Assembly: GCA_022828125.1 (NCBI GenBank)
Contig: JAJEJD010000012.1
Coordinates: 1,309-65,308 of the forward strand
Source of the DNA: a bacterium
Lineage (GTDB): Bacteria; UBA8248
Reading direction: 5' to 3'
DNA length: 64,000 nucleotides
The translations under genes and the position numbers were made by a program. The notes beneath the pieces were generated by a model. The model worked only from the letters and a program-made list of their open reading frames with translations. It searched no databases and had not been told where the DNA came from. This document shows positions 38,905 to 48,204 of this stretch, one piece after another (position 1 is the first letter of the stretch; every line of letters starts with the position of its first letter).

Positions 38905-40170
38905 CTAGGCCGCCTTTCTCACGAGCAAGGTGGCGTTTTGTCCGCCGAAGCCAAAGGAATTCGTGATGGCGGCGGGCACGGGCATTTCTCTCGCCCCCTC
39001 GGCCACGTAGTCGAGATCGCACTTCGGGTCCGGATTCTCAAGGCACGTCGTAGGATGCACGATATCGCGCGCGACGCTCAAGGCCGTGAAGATGAATTCG
39101 GGCGCGCCGCAGGCGGCGATAAGATGCCCGATCATGGATTTGGAAGAACTCACCGCCAGCGAATCCGCCCGCGCGCCGAACACCTCGCGAATCGCCCCGG
39201 TCTCGACCGGATCATTGAGTTTCGTGCCCGTGCCGTGCGCGTTCACGTATGTAATGTCATCAGGACCAAGGCCCGCATCCTCCATCGCCTCGCTCATCGA
39301 GCGAACGGCGCCCCGGCCCGCCGGGTGCGGGGCCGTCACCTGGTGCGCGTCCATGCTCGCGCCATAGCCCGACAAAGCGGCGTAGGGCGCAGCGCCCCGC
39401 GCGCGCGCATGGGTTTCCGATTCGAGAACCACCACGCCCGCTCCTTCGCCCACGGCGAGGCCGGAGCGTTTTCTGTCGAACGGGCGGCATATGGGGTCTT
39501 TCGATTTGGACGCAGCGCCCAGGAGGAGGAATACGGCCATTCCGACGGGGTGGATCATCGAATCGGCCCCGCCGCAAAGAACCACGTCCGCCTCGCCTCT
39601 GCGGATCATGCGCATCCCGAGGCCTATCGCCTGGCCCGCCGCCGCACAGGCGGAGGTGATGGTGCCGGTAGGACCGGCGAGTTCGAACCACTCCGCCATC
39701 AGGGAGGTCGCCCGCTCGGGCGGGTTGTTGAAGTAACCGGAGGCGTGCGTCGCCTCAAGCTCTCTGGCGAAGCGGGCGGCGTCGAAACCGTTTTCAGGGT
39801 CCGCCCAGGCGGCGAAATCCTCGAGCCGGTAGCTGCTCAGTCCCGTCCCCATCACCACGCCCGCGCGTTCGGGGGCATAATCGCCGGGGCGCATTCCGGC
39901 GTCGGCCACCGCGTTCTGCGCGGCGTCGAGCGCGAACAACACCCTGCGCTCCCCCTCGCCCGCATATTCCTCGGGCAGCCTCTCCCGTATGGCGCGGAGC
40001 GTTTCCTCTGAAACCTCGCCCGCTCCGGCGACGGGCAGCGCCTGCGCGTCGAAGGACTGAATCGGCGCAAGGCCCGATTCGCCGGCCAGCGCGCACCGCC
40101 AGCAAGTCTCCACGTCGGCGCCAAGGGAGGTCACCATGCCGAGACCGGTGATGAAAACCGGCGCGCTCAT
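38905..40170 (-). CDS. Beta-ketoacyl-ACP synthase I/II-like (KS, Cys-His-His)
   Basis: 421 aa. ITSACAAAG active site. NAHGTGT. SKSMIGH. 4-bp overlap with the upstream dehydratase. Confidence 0.85.
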   Translation of the reverse strand: MSAPVFITGLGMVTSLGADVETCWRCALAGESGLAPIQSFDAQALPVAGAGEVSEETLRAIRERLPEEYAGEGERRVLFALDAAQNAVADAGMRPGDYAPERAGVVMGTGLSSYRLEDFAAWADPENGFDAARFARELEATHASGYFNNPPERATSLMAEWFELAGPTGTITSACAAAGQAIGLGMRMIRRGEADVVLCGGADSMIHPVGMAVFLLLGAASKSKDPICRPFDRKRSGLAVGEGAGVVVLESETHARARGAAPYAALSGYGASMDAHQVTAPHPAGRGAVRSMSEAMEDAGLGPDDITYVNAHGTGTKLNDPVETGAIREVFGARADSLAVSSSKSMIGHLIAACGAPEFIFTALSVARDIVHPTTCLENPDPKCDLDYVAEGAREMPVPAAITNSFGFGGQNATLLVRKAA

Positions 40171-40625
40171 GCCGTCTCCTCGAACGCCGGCCAGCCGTAG
40201 CTTCTGAAGCGCTCCCTTAAACCATCGGGGTCGTCGTTGGGAAAGTGGGGATACACGAACCGCTCGGCCTTGGCCACAGCGACGCCGTCCTTTTCAATAC
40301 GCGCGCGGCACAGGCTCGCCCGTTCGTTCGTATCGATCATCTCGCCGTGAATCTCCAGGGACACGCCCGGGCGCAGGTCGCTCGCCACCTCCACGTCGTC
40401 GATGAGCGATATGACGCACGAGGTCTTGAAATCATACGTGTAGATTACGAGCCACCCCGTAATCTGCGCCATCGCCTCGATGAGGATAGAGCCGGGCACG
40501 ATGGGGGCGCGGTTGAAATGGGCGTTCAGGTACGCTTCTGAAAGCGGAAACGTCTTGACGCCCACGACGCGCTCGCCGCGCACCATCTCCTTGATCTGAT
40601 CGAAAAAGAGAAACCGCAATTTCAC
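40167..40625 (-). CDS. FabA/FabZ-like dehydratase (hotdog), second copy
   Basis: 152 aa. NAHFNRAPIVPGSILIEAMAQITGW, FabZ-like motif with catalytic His. Confidence 0.7.
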   Translation of the reverse strand: MKLRFLFFDQIKEMVRGERVVGVKTFPLSEAYLNAHFNRAPIVPGSILIEAMAQITGWLVIYTYDFKTSCVISLIDDVEVASDLRPGVSLEIHGEMIDTNERASLCRARIEKDGVAVAKAERFVYPHFPNDDPDGLRERFRSYGWPAFEETA

Positions 40626-40634
40626 ATTCTCCCG

Positions 40635-41825
40635 TCAAGCGCCTTTTCCCACCACCAGCCCGGAGCATACGCCGTCGAAACCCTGGAGAAGCACGAGCGC
40701 GTTGTTGAGTTCATCCCGCCCGGAGCCGTCCGTCGTATCCCGGAATAACTCATCCTCCGCTGCGGAGGATGGGGGCGTCGCGCCTTCGGCCAGCGCTTTC
40801 ATCGCCATGATCAGGTCCAGCGCCGGGCTTCCCCCCCAAAGGTGGCCGAATACGCCCTTCGTCGCAAGCCCCCAAGGTTTGTGATGCCCGAAAACGGAGG
40901 AAATCGCTTCCGCCTCCGCGTTATCCGCCCGAGATTCGCCTTCTCCATGAATCACGAGGAGGTCTACATCCTCAGGCTTGAGACCCGCGCTGACGAGCGC
41001 TCCCCGGGCCGATTCCTGAACCGCGCGCGCGAGGCCGCCTCTTTTTTCTAATGCACGAACAGAACAATGCCCCTTGAGCCAGCCTAGTACTTTAGATGTG
41101 TCGGCGCCCTCAGGACTATTGAGGCGAATCACGCCCGCTCCCTCGCCCAATCCCCCCGCTTGGGGCCAGACGCCCCGCCGCACCGCGCGGGCCAGCATCC
41201 TTGCAGAAACCACCCCGCTCACGCCGGCGCAGAGAGCAAGCCTGGCCTTGCCTGATCCGACCGAGTCCGCCGCCTCGCATATAGCGCGCGCCGTCGCCTC
41301 GGCGCCCGCGCTGAAAACGGCGTTCTCGCCCCGCCACCTGTGCTGAATCGCCGCCTGGCTGAAGCCTATCGCGTTCAACATACCCAGCACCCATAAGGGG
41401 TGGATACTGTCCATCCCCTCGCTGAAGAAATGTTCGAGGTCCACCCGGCCCTCCGATTCCCTCACCGCGCCGAGCAAATCATCTCTCCCCGGATCGACCG
41501 AGTCCATGCCCGCGAAAAAGGCGATTTCCTCCTCCGCCATCTCCGGGTCGGCGGGGGCGTCGGCCATCACGTCCTGAACCGCCGCCAGGAGCATGTGGGT
41601 ATGCCGGCCCATGATCCGCGCCGCACGTCGATCCGTGCCGACCGATTCGGGGTCGATTCGCGCGCACCGCGCCGTTTCGATGGGGGGGAATCCGGCGAGT
41701 TCGGGGTCAGCGTCCGAAGCCAAAAGGGAGCGGCCCGCGCAAAGGGCCTCCCAGGCGGGCTCGACGCCTCGCCCCGCCGCCGTTACCAGGCCGACGCCGG
41801 TGATCGGAATGGGCGGAAAATTCAC
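40635..41825 (-). CDS. Ketosynthase-like protein lacking the active-site Cys (chain-length-factor / KS-beta-like)
   Basis: Thiolase fold with HGEGES and GHLWG motifs, but the Cys position reads ...VFSAGAEATARA. Proposed GTG start at 41825 overlaps the upstream KS TGA (GTGA coupling). The ORF's first ATG is at 41945. Confidence 0.65.
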   Translation of the reverse strand: MNFPPIPITGVGLVTAAGRGVEPAWEALCAGRSLLASDADPELAGFPPIETARCARIDPESVGTDRRAARIMGRHTHMLLAAVQDVMADAPADPEMAEEEIAFFAGMDSVDPGRDDLLGAVRESEGRVDLEHFFSEGMDSIHPLWVLGMLNAIGFSQAAIQHRWRGENAVFSAGAEATARAICEAADSVGSGKARLALCAGVSGVVSARMLARAVRRGVWPQAGGLGEGAGVIRLNSPEGADTSKVLGWLKGHCSVRALEKRGGLARAVQESARGALVSAGLKPEDVDLLVIHGEGESRADNAEAEAISSVFGHHKPWGLATKGVFGHLWGGSPALDLIMAMKALAEGATPPSSAAEDELFRDTTDGSGRDELNNALVLLQGFDGVCSGLVVGKGA

Positions 41826-43132
41826 GCGATCTCGGGACCACCCAGGCAAAGACAGGCGTTCTGCCCACCGAAACCGAAGCTGTTGGAGAGAGCCACGCGA
41901 TGGGGCTGCGTCCTCGTCTCGTTGGGCACGTAGTCGAGGTCGCACTTGGGGTCGCGGTTCTGATAGTTGATGGTCGGCAGTATCTCCGAGCGGCGCATCC
42001 CCTCCACGGCCAGAATCGCCTCGACGGCCCCCGCCGCGCCGATGGTGTGGCCGATCATGGATTTGTTGGAGCTGACGGGCATCTTCTCCGCGTGGGCGCC
42101 GAACACCTCCTTGATGGCCCTGGTTTCGGTGGAATCGTTCTTGGGCGTCGAGGTTCCGTGCGCGTTGACGTATTCGACCTGATCGGGCTTGAGCCGCGCG
42201 TCCTCGATCGCTTTTTTCATGGCGAACACCGCGCCGAGGCCCTTCGGGTGCATGTCGGTGATGCGAAACGCATCCGAGGAATCGCCGTAGCCGAGCACTT
42301 CGCCGAGTATCTCCGCGCCTCGCGCGCGCGCGTGTTCGTAGTTCTCAAGAACCATCGCGCCGGCGCCTTCGGACATCACGAAGCCGTTTCGCCTCCTGTC
42401 GAAGGGGCGAGACGCGCTCTGCGGGGTTTCGTATCTCTCCACGAGCGCGGTGAGCAGGACGAACCCGAGAAACCCCACGTACGTGATGGGCGCCTCGCAG
42501 CCTCCCGCCACCATGACGTCGGCCTTGGCGTCGCGGATGAGGCGCACCGACTCGCCGATCGCCTGCGCTCCCGCCGCGCAGGCCGAGCAAATGGAAACCA
42601 TGGGACCCCGGCAATCGAAATCGAGAGCCACGACGGAGGTCGCCACATCCGATTTTCTTCGGAAAAACGTCATCAGATCGTAAGCGCCGCGGTGTTTGAG
42701 TCCCTCGATGTCCCATCCGCCCTGCAAGGGATCTCCGTTTTCGGGCTTCCAGTAGGGAAAGATGCGGAGCAAATCTTCGATACCGGGCTGATCGCCGTGG
42801 GAGCCGAGCGCGACGCCGATTCGCTTACGCTCTGAAACTTCATCGAGACGCGCCGTCCGCGCCGCCTGGGATACGGCCACGCGCATCATGCGAACGCCCC
42901 GGGTGGAGAATTTATCGAGCCTGCGCCCCTCGCCGTTCTCCTGCGAGGCGAGCCACTCGTCGTCCACCTCGCCGGCGATCCGGCAGGGAAGTTTATCGGG
43001 GTCGAAGCGCCGCACCACGTCGATTCCCGAACGTCCCTCGCGCGCGGCGTCGAACGTGGAGGCGACGTCCCCGCCAAGGGGCGTCATCGCCCCGTATCCG
43101 GTGATCACGACCCGCCTGTCGTTACCGGCCAT
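41822..43132 (-). CDS. Beta-ketoacyl-ACP synthase II-like (KS-alpha partner)
   Basis: 436 aa. VSICSACAAGAQAIG. NAHGTSTPKND. NKSMIGHTIGAAGA. Confidence 0.85.
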   Translation of the reverse strand: MAGNDRRVVITGYGAMTPLGGDVASTFDAAREGRSGIDVVRRFDPDKLPCRIAGEVDDEWLASQENGEGRRLDKFSTRGVRMMRVAVSQAARTARLDEVSERKRIGVALGSHGDQPGIEDLLRIFPYWKPENGDPLQGGWDIEGLKHRGAYDLMTFFRRKSDVATSVVALDFDCRGPMVSICSACAAGAQAIGESVRLIRDAKADVMVAGGCEAPITYVGFLGFVLLTALVERYETPQSASRPFDRRRNGFVMSEGAGAMVLENYEHARARGAEILGEVLGYGDSSDAFRITDMHPKGLGAVFAMKKAIEDARLKPDQVEYVNAHGTSTPKNDSTETRAIKEVFGAHAEKMPVSSNKSMIGHTIGAAGAVEAILAVEGMRRSEILPTINYQNRDPKCDLDYVPNETRTQPHRVALSNSFGFGGQNACLCLGGPEIA

Positions 43133-43176
43133 TCACATGTTCTCCCGGTAAAACGGCTTGAATGAAACCGACGGCC

Positions 43177-43740
43177 TCAGGAGGAGAAGAGGCCCTTTTC
43201 CTCCTGCACCCGGTTCAGCCAGCTCTGGACCACTTCATCACCGCTGGGCAAAGAGGCGGGTTCGTTCGTCTCCGCGCATACGATGCGCGTTCCATCCTCG
43301 GCCTTCCAGTCCGCCCCCGCCGGGCTCTTCTCGGGCAGGCAGTTCAGCACGTCGCGCACCGCTCCCGCCAGCGTCTTCGGCGTGACGAGGGCCGGAAGCT
43401 CGTCCACGGGGGTTCCCGGTTCGAGATCGCCGGCCGCTTCGTTCAGGCGCAACCTCAAGACCTCGACCCCGGTTTCGGTCACCTCGCTCTCCTCGTTGAT
43501 GGCCACGCCCTCGCCGAACATCTCCTCCACGTGTTCCAGAACGAAATTGCGCGCCATCTTGATGCCGAACACCTGCTCGAGACGGAAATTCACGTCCAGA
43601 AAATCGAGCGACAAAACGCCCAGGTCGTCCACCAGGGAACTGTCCGGCTCGATGGTCTCCTCGTCGATCCCCGTTGTGTGAGCGATCGCCTTTTTCACTT
43701 CATCCAAAATCGTATCGTCTGATACCAGGTTTTGCGACAT
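43177..43740 (-). CDS. Acyl carrier protein domain with a ~100-aa C-terminal extension
   Basis: N-terminal 85 aa carry the phosphopantetheine site DDLGVLSLDFLDVNFRLEQVFG (ACP DSL-type). The remainder is acidic and unassigned. Confidence 0.6.
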   Translation of the reverse strand: MSQNLVSDDTILDEVKKAIAHTTGIDEETIEPDSSLVDDLGVLSLDFLDVNFRLEQVFGIKMARNFVLEHVEEMFGEGVAINEESEVTETGVEVLRLRLNEAAGDLEPGTPVDELPALVTPKTLAGAVRDVLNCLPEKSPAGADWKAEDGTRIVCAETNEPASLPSGDEVVQSWLNRVQEEKGLFSS

Positions 43741-43876
43741 TGCCGTCCTCTGTAGCGTTCAATCGCGCAGCCCGTCCTCGCGCATGGGCGCGCACGGAAA
43801 ATCCCAACTCATGCAAGCGTATACAACCAAGGAGGGAAGCGAAAATCAACCTTCCCCCGAGGCATCATACCTCATT

Positions 43877-44638
43877 TCATCGTTCCGGCGGGCGGCCTGC
43901 CCGGTTGCCGAGTCCCCTGTCGACCACGAGGGTCTGCCCCCGTATGGAAGCCGCGCCCGCGCCGGCGAGAAAATAAACCGATTCGGCCACTTCTTCGGGC
44001 GTCACGAAATAACGCTCCGGCAACTCTTCCAGCTCCGGTTGAATCATGCGCAGCGTCTTGAACGAATCCGTCTTCACCAACCCCGCGCAGACGGCGTTGA
44101 CCGACACGCCTCTCTCTTCGAAACTCTCCGCCCAATGCGTGACCGCCGCCTCCATGGCCGCCTTCATGGGCCCCAGCGGGTATTCGGGATGATAGAAACG
44201 GCTCCCCAGGCTCGAGATGAACACGACGGCCCCGCCCCGGCGCGAGAGCAGTGGAAGCGCTCCCTGCATACAGAAGACGTTGCCCAGAAAATTCGTCTCC
44301 ACCAGAAGCTTGAGGTCGCGCTCCAACAGCTTTTCCCACGGCTTGAAGGGCGCGCGCGCCGCGTTCAGGACGAGCGCGTCGAGCCGTCCGAATTCCTCTT
44401 CCACCTCCGCGAACATGGCCTTGACGGCGTCTTTTTTCGAAATGTCCGCAGGAACGGCGACCGCCCGCCCACCGGCGGCCTCGAACTCGCGGCAAAGCTC
44501 TGCCGCCATCCGGGCGGAGCCGCCTTTGGCGTCCCTGTGGTTCAGGGCCAGATGCGCGCCCTCGCGCGCGAAGCGCCTCGCAATGGCCGCGCCGATGCCG
44601 CGCGAGCCGCCGGTCACCAGGACGACCTTGCCCTTCAT
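43877..44638 (-). CDS. SDR-family oxidoreductase, FabL/FabI-like (Y-x6-K) putative enoyl-ACP reductase
   Basis: KVVLVTGGSRGIG. NAA. YHPEYPLGPMKAA gives Y-x6-K spacing. Start placed at the internal ATG (MKGKVV...); the ORF extends to 44704. Confidence 0.6.
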   Translation of the reverse strand: MKGKVVLVTGGSRGIGAAIARRFAREGAHLALNHRDAKGGSARMAAELCREFEAAGGRAVAVPADISKKDAVKAMFAEVEEEFGRLDALVLNAARAPFKPWEKLLERDLKLLVETNFLGNVFCMQGALPLLSRRGGAVVFISSLGSRFYHPEYPLGPMKAAMEAAVTHWAESFEERGVSVNAVCAGLVKTDSFKTLRMIQPELEELPERYFVTPEEVAESVYFLAGAGAASIRGQTLVVDRGLGNRAGRPPER

Positions 44639-44926
44639 ATCCCCCGATTCCGGGGCGTTCATAACCGCTCCCTCGCTTTCAACCCGCATTCGCACCGCTT
44701 CCATCCCGAAAAGAGAAAAACCCTCTCCCTCCCGGAAAACGCCGCGGGATCACGGGCTGAAAATTTATATCCCACGAACGCGCCTCCATCAAACGCCGCG
44801 CGGGAATCCCCGAAATAAAGGATTGAATCCCCACCCGAGACCTCATACAATGGTTTTCTTTCTTTTCTCCTTGAACCGATACAGTCTTTGTTCTTGGATT
44901 CATAAGGCGGACCGGGGGGCAAACAA

Positions 44927-45814
44927 ATGGAATATCTCGACATCAAGGAAACGCCGAAGCTCAGAGACCCCGCTTTACTCATGGCCTTCGCGGGCTGGAA
45001 CGACGCCAGCAGCGCCGCCACGACTGCCGCGAGTTTCATCACCGAGAAAATGGGGGGTGCGGAATTCGCCCGAATCGATTCCGACCCCTTCTATAATTTT
45101 CAGGACATGCGGCCCCACGTGAGCCTCGACGAGGACAGCCGCCGAAAGATCACCTGGCCCTCGAACACGTTCTACGCATGCGAGACCCCGAACCTCGAAC
45201 ACGACGTGGTGGTTTTCCTGGGCGTGGAGCCTCATCTGCAATGGGGGCGCTTTTCGAAAATCATATTGTCCATGGTCCGCGAATGCCGGGTGCGGATGGC
45301 CGTGACGGTGGGCGCCCTGCTCGCCGACGTCTACCACCGAAACCGCGTCCGGATAACCGGCACCTCCACGAACCCGGACCTGGCTTCTCAACTGGGCCTC
45401 AAGCCCTCGCGCTATGAGGGACCCACCGGAATCGTGGGAATCCTGAACAATCTGTTCCGCGACGAAAACCTGCCCGCCGTGAGCGTCTGGGCGAACGTGC
45501 CCCACTACGTGAACGTGACGCCCAACCCGAAGGCGGCGCTCGCCCTGGTGGAGCGGCTCAGCGAATTCCTCTCCTACCCCCTCAATCTGTCGGAACTCGA
45601 AGCGGGCGCGCATGAATTCGAAGAGAAGGTCGACGAGGCGCTCGAGAAGAACAAATCGGTGAGAGACTACGTGGAGCAACTCAAGCTCAGAGACGACGGT
45701 TTCGATGAAGAAACCCAGCCGGGCGAGCTTCCCTCGGGAGATGAGCTGGCCAGGGAACTGGAGCGCTTCCTGAGAAACCGGGGCGCCGATGAGGATGCGC
45801 CCGAGGAGAATTAG
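44927..45814 (+). CDS. PAC2-family protein
   Basis: 295 aa. N-terminal LLMAFAGWNDASSA resembles the PAC2-family (PF09754) hallmark AFEGWNDAG. Confidence 0.5.
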   Translation: MEYLDIKETPKLRDPALLMAFAGWNDASSAATTAASFITEKMGGAEFARIDSDPFYNFQDMRPHVSLDEDSRRKITWPSNTFYACETPNLEHDVVVFLGVEPHLQWGRFSKIILSMVRECRVRMAVTVGALLADVYHRNRVRITGTSTNPDLASQLGLKPSRYEGPTGIVGILNNLFRDENLPAVSVWANVPHYVNVTPNPKAALALVERLSEFLSYPLNLSELEAGAHEFEEKVDEALEKNKSVRDYVEQLKLRDDGFDEETQPGELPSGDELARELERFLRNRGADEDAPEEN

Positions 45815-45881
45815 GCAAAATACGTTTCACCCCGGCGCGGGATGACGCCGCAAACCCCATCATGAAAACCACGAGGCGCGC

Positions 45882-46484
45882 CTACGCGGATCTCCAGCGG
45901 TTCAGGACGGCTTCTTTCACCAGACTCCTGAGCCCCGCGGGGTCCACCGGCTTGGGGAAGCAATGCGCCGCGCCCATATCGAGAATGCGCTTGCGCCCTT
46001 CCCCATCGACGCCGCCGAGCGCCACGACGCACGTTTCGCCGCCGGTATCGCTCTGTTTTATCTGGCGGCACACCTCGTAACCATCCACGCTGGAATGATT
46101 CAGGTCGAGTATCACCACGTCCGGATGCGAGGTGGAATAGAGCACGCCGGCCCGGAACCCGTCGTGCGCCACCTGAACCTCATAACCGGGCTCATCGAAC
46201 GAGAGCGCCTCTTTGAGAGAGTCGGCGAGGCCCTGGTCGCCGTTTACGATGAGCACCCGGGGGACACTCCCCTTTTCACGAAAGGGATGGGGGATGTCGC
46301 GTGATTCCAGAAAAGAGAGAAGCGCCTCTTTTCTGACTCTTCGATGACCTCCGGGCGTTCGGTATGCGAGCAGCCAGCCCTTGTCTATCCAGTTTTGAAT
46401 CGTGACCGGCGTGACGTCGCAAATTTCCGCGACTTCGAACGTGGTGAACACTTTTTTTCTGGACAATTTTTCCGCGCTGGACAA
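45882..46484 (-). CDS. Response regulator with an N-terminal excisionase/MerR-type HTH and a C-terminal receiver domain
   Basis: FTTFEVAEICDVTPVTIQNWIDKGWL (Xis-family HTH). Receiver motifs VLIVNGD...VVILDLN...CFPKP. Confidence 0.55.
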   Translation of the reverse strand: MSSAEKLSRKKVFTTFEVAEICDVTPVTIQNWIDKGWLLAYRTPGGHRRVRKEALLSFLESRDIPHPFREKGSVPRVLIVNGDQGLADSLKEALSFDEPGYEVQVAHDGFRAGVLYSTSHPDVVILDLNHSSVDGYEVCRQIKQSDTGGETCVVALGGVDGEGRKRILDMGAAHCFPKPVDPAGLRSLVKEAVLNRWRSA

Positions 46485-46764
46485 TGGCCGCCCCCATTGT
46501 GGCTAAGGATATGGTGCCGCGTTCGCTATATGAATGAGTGGTGCGAAATATTTTGTAATTGATATGTTGCATATTGCTCCCCGTATTTCAACCAAGACCG
46601 GACCATACATGGAATATGATAACGCGGCGCGGGCCGGATGAAGTTCCAGAGCGTTGAATTTCAAGAGACTCGGCGTATATTCTGGAGCCATTGCCGGCGT
46701 GAAGTGGATACGGGAGATGGGTGCAGCCTGGAGATAATGAAATGACCCCGCAGGGTGAGCCAAC

Positions 46765-47214
46765 ATGAGAGCCGTCGTTCAGCGCGTGAGCGAGGCCTGT
46801 GTCCGGGTGGATTCCGAGGCAATCGGTGAAATCCGGGGCGGACTCCTCGTTTTCCTGGGGGTCGGGCGCGAGGATGGAGAAAAAGACGTCGATTTCCTCG
46901 CCGAGAAGATATCGAACCTGAGAATATTCCCCGATGAGGCGCAGAAAATGAACCTCTCGCTTTTGGACGCAGGAGGAGCGATGCTCGTCGTCAGCCAGTT
47001 CACCCTGCACGGCGACTGCCGGAAGGGGAGGCGTCCCGCCTTCATCGCCGCGGCCCCGCCGGAACGGGCGGAGCCTCTCTATGAGCGATTCGTGGCGCAG
47101 GTCGGCAAACTGGGTGTCCCCGTCGCGGCGGGCCGCTTCGGCGCGATGATGGAAGTCGAACTCGTGAACGACGGCCCCGTCACCCTGCTCCTCGACTCGA
47201 AGGGCGCTTTCTAG
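46765..47214 (+). CDS. dtd: D-aminoacyl-tRNA deacylase
   Basis: 149 aa. MRAVVQRV...SQFTL...NDGPVT motifs. Confidence 0.88.
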   Translation: MRAVVQRVSEACVRVDSEAIGEIRGGLLVFLGVGREDGEKDVDFLAEKISNLRIFPDEAQKMNLSLLDAGGAMLVVSQFTLHGDCRKGRRPAFIAAAPPERAEPLYERFVAQVGKLGVPVAAGRFGAMMEVELVNDGPVTLLLDSKGAF

Positions 47215-48131
47215 TGGCTCTCAGGACGAGAGACGTGCCGCTTCTCAAGGAGAAGCTCGACGCGCTCGCCCGAACCTATCACGACGCCTATCTCGCCACC
47301 GACCCGCTCGGCCTTGCGCACGCCTACCGCGGCGCGCGGGACCGCGAGGTCGCGGCGTTTCTGAGCGCATCGCTCGCCTTCGGCAACGCCGCCGCGATAC
47401 GGATGAGCGTAAAGCGCATCATGGAGCGCCTCGGCCCCCGGCCCGCCGACGCGCTGCGCAGCCATCGTCCCGAGGAGAGCGCCCGCCTCTTCGAGGGTCT
47501 CTACCACCGCTGGGTGGGGCCCGAGGCCATCGGTTTTTTCGCCCGGGCGATCGGCGCCGCCCTCAGGAGCGAGGGATCGCTCGAAGCCTTGTTTCTCAAA
47601 GGCTACCGCGCGGAGGAAGAAACCCTCCAGGAAGCGCTCAAGAGATTCAGGGAGCGTTTGCTGGGCTTCCTGCCTGACGCTCCCGCCAACGCAAGGGTCG
47701 AGCGCGGCGTCTCCTATCTCCTGCCCGACCCAGCGAGCGGCAGCGCGTGCAAGCGGCTCCACCTGTACCTCAGGTGGATGGTGCGGCCCGATGACGGCCT
47801 GGACCTGGGTCTCTGGACGACGCCGAAAACCCACCAGCTCATCATCCCGCTCGACACCCACATCGCGCGCATCGGGCGTCTGTTGGGACTCACTGACAGG
47901 AAGACGCCCAATCTCAAGATGGCGCTCGATATCACCAGAAACCTGAAGCGCATCGACCCCGACGACCCGGTGCGCTACGATTTCGCCATCTCGCGGATGG
48001 GCATCCTCAAGCATTGTCCGAGCAAAAGAGACATCAAACTCTGCGCGGGCTGCCCCTTGCAGGATGCCTGCCGCTACTGGCGGCGTCTGCCCCGGCGAAG
48101 AAAAGACGCGGCCATACAGGCGCGCGGGTGA
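47214..48131 (+). CDS. Conserved hypothetical protein (DUF2400/TIGR02757-like) with a C-terminal Cys cluster
   Basis: 305 aa. YLRWMVRPDDGLDLGLW...IPLDTHIARIG conserved block. CPSKRDIKLCAGCPLQDAC. Confidence 0.4.
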   Translation: MALRTRDVPLLKEKLDALARTYHDAYLATDPLGLAHAYRGARDREVAAFLSASLAFGNAAAIRMSVKRIMERLGPRPADALRSHRPEESARLFEGLYHRWVGPEAIGFFARAIGAALRSEGSLEALFLKGYRAEEETLQEALKRFRERLLGFLPDAPANARVERGVSYLLPDPASGSACKRLHLYLRWMVRPDDGLDLGLWTTPKTHQLIIPLDTHIARIGRLLGLTDRKTPNLKMALDITRNLKRIDPDDPVRYDFAISRMGILKHCPSKRDIKLCAGCPLQDACRYWRRLPRRRKDAAIQARG

Positions 48132-48204
48132 ACGGCGGGCGCGGTTGCCGGGGCGCAGACCCTGGGATACCTTGCCGGCGAAACTGATTCGGGAGATTCA
48201 ACAC

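Noticed and set aside
44659-45042. 127-aa minus-strand ORF upstream of the SDR gene
   Set aside because: Overlaps the PAC2-family gene on the opposite strand. No motifs. Sits in the divergent promoter region.
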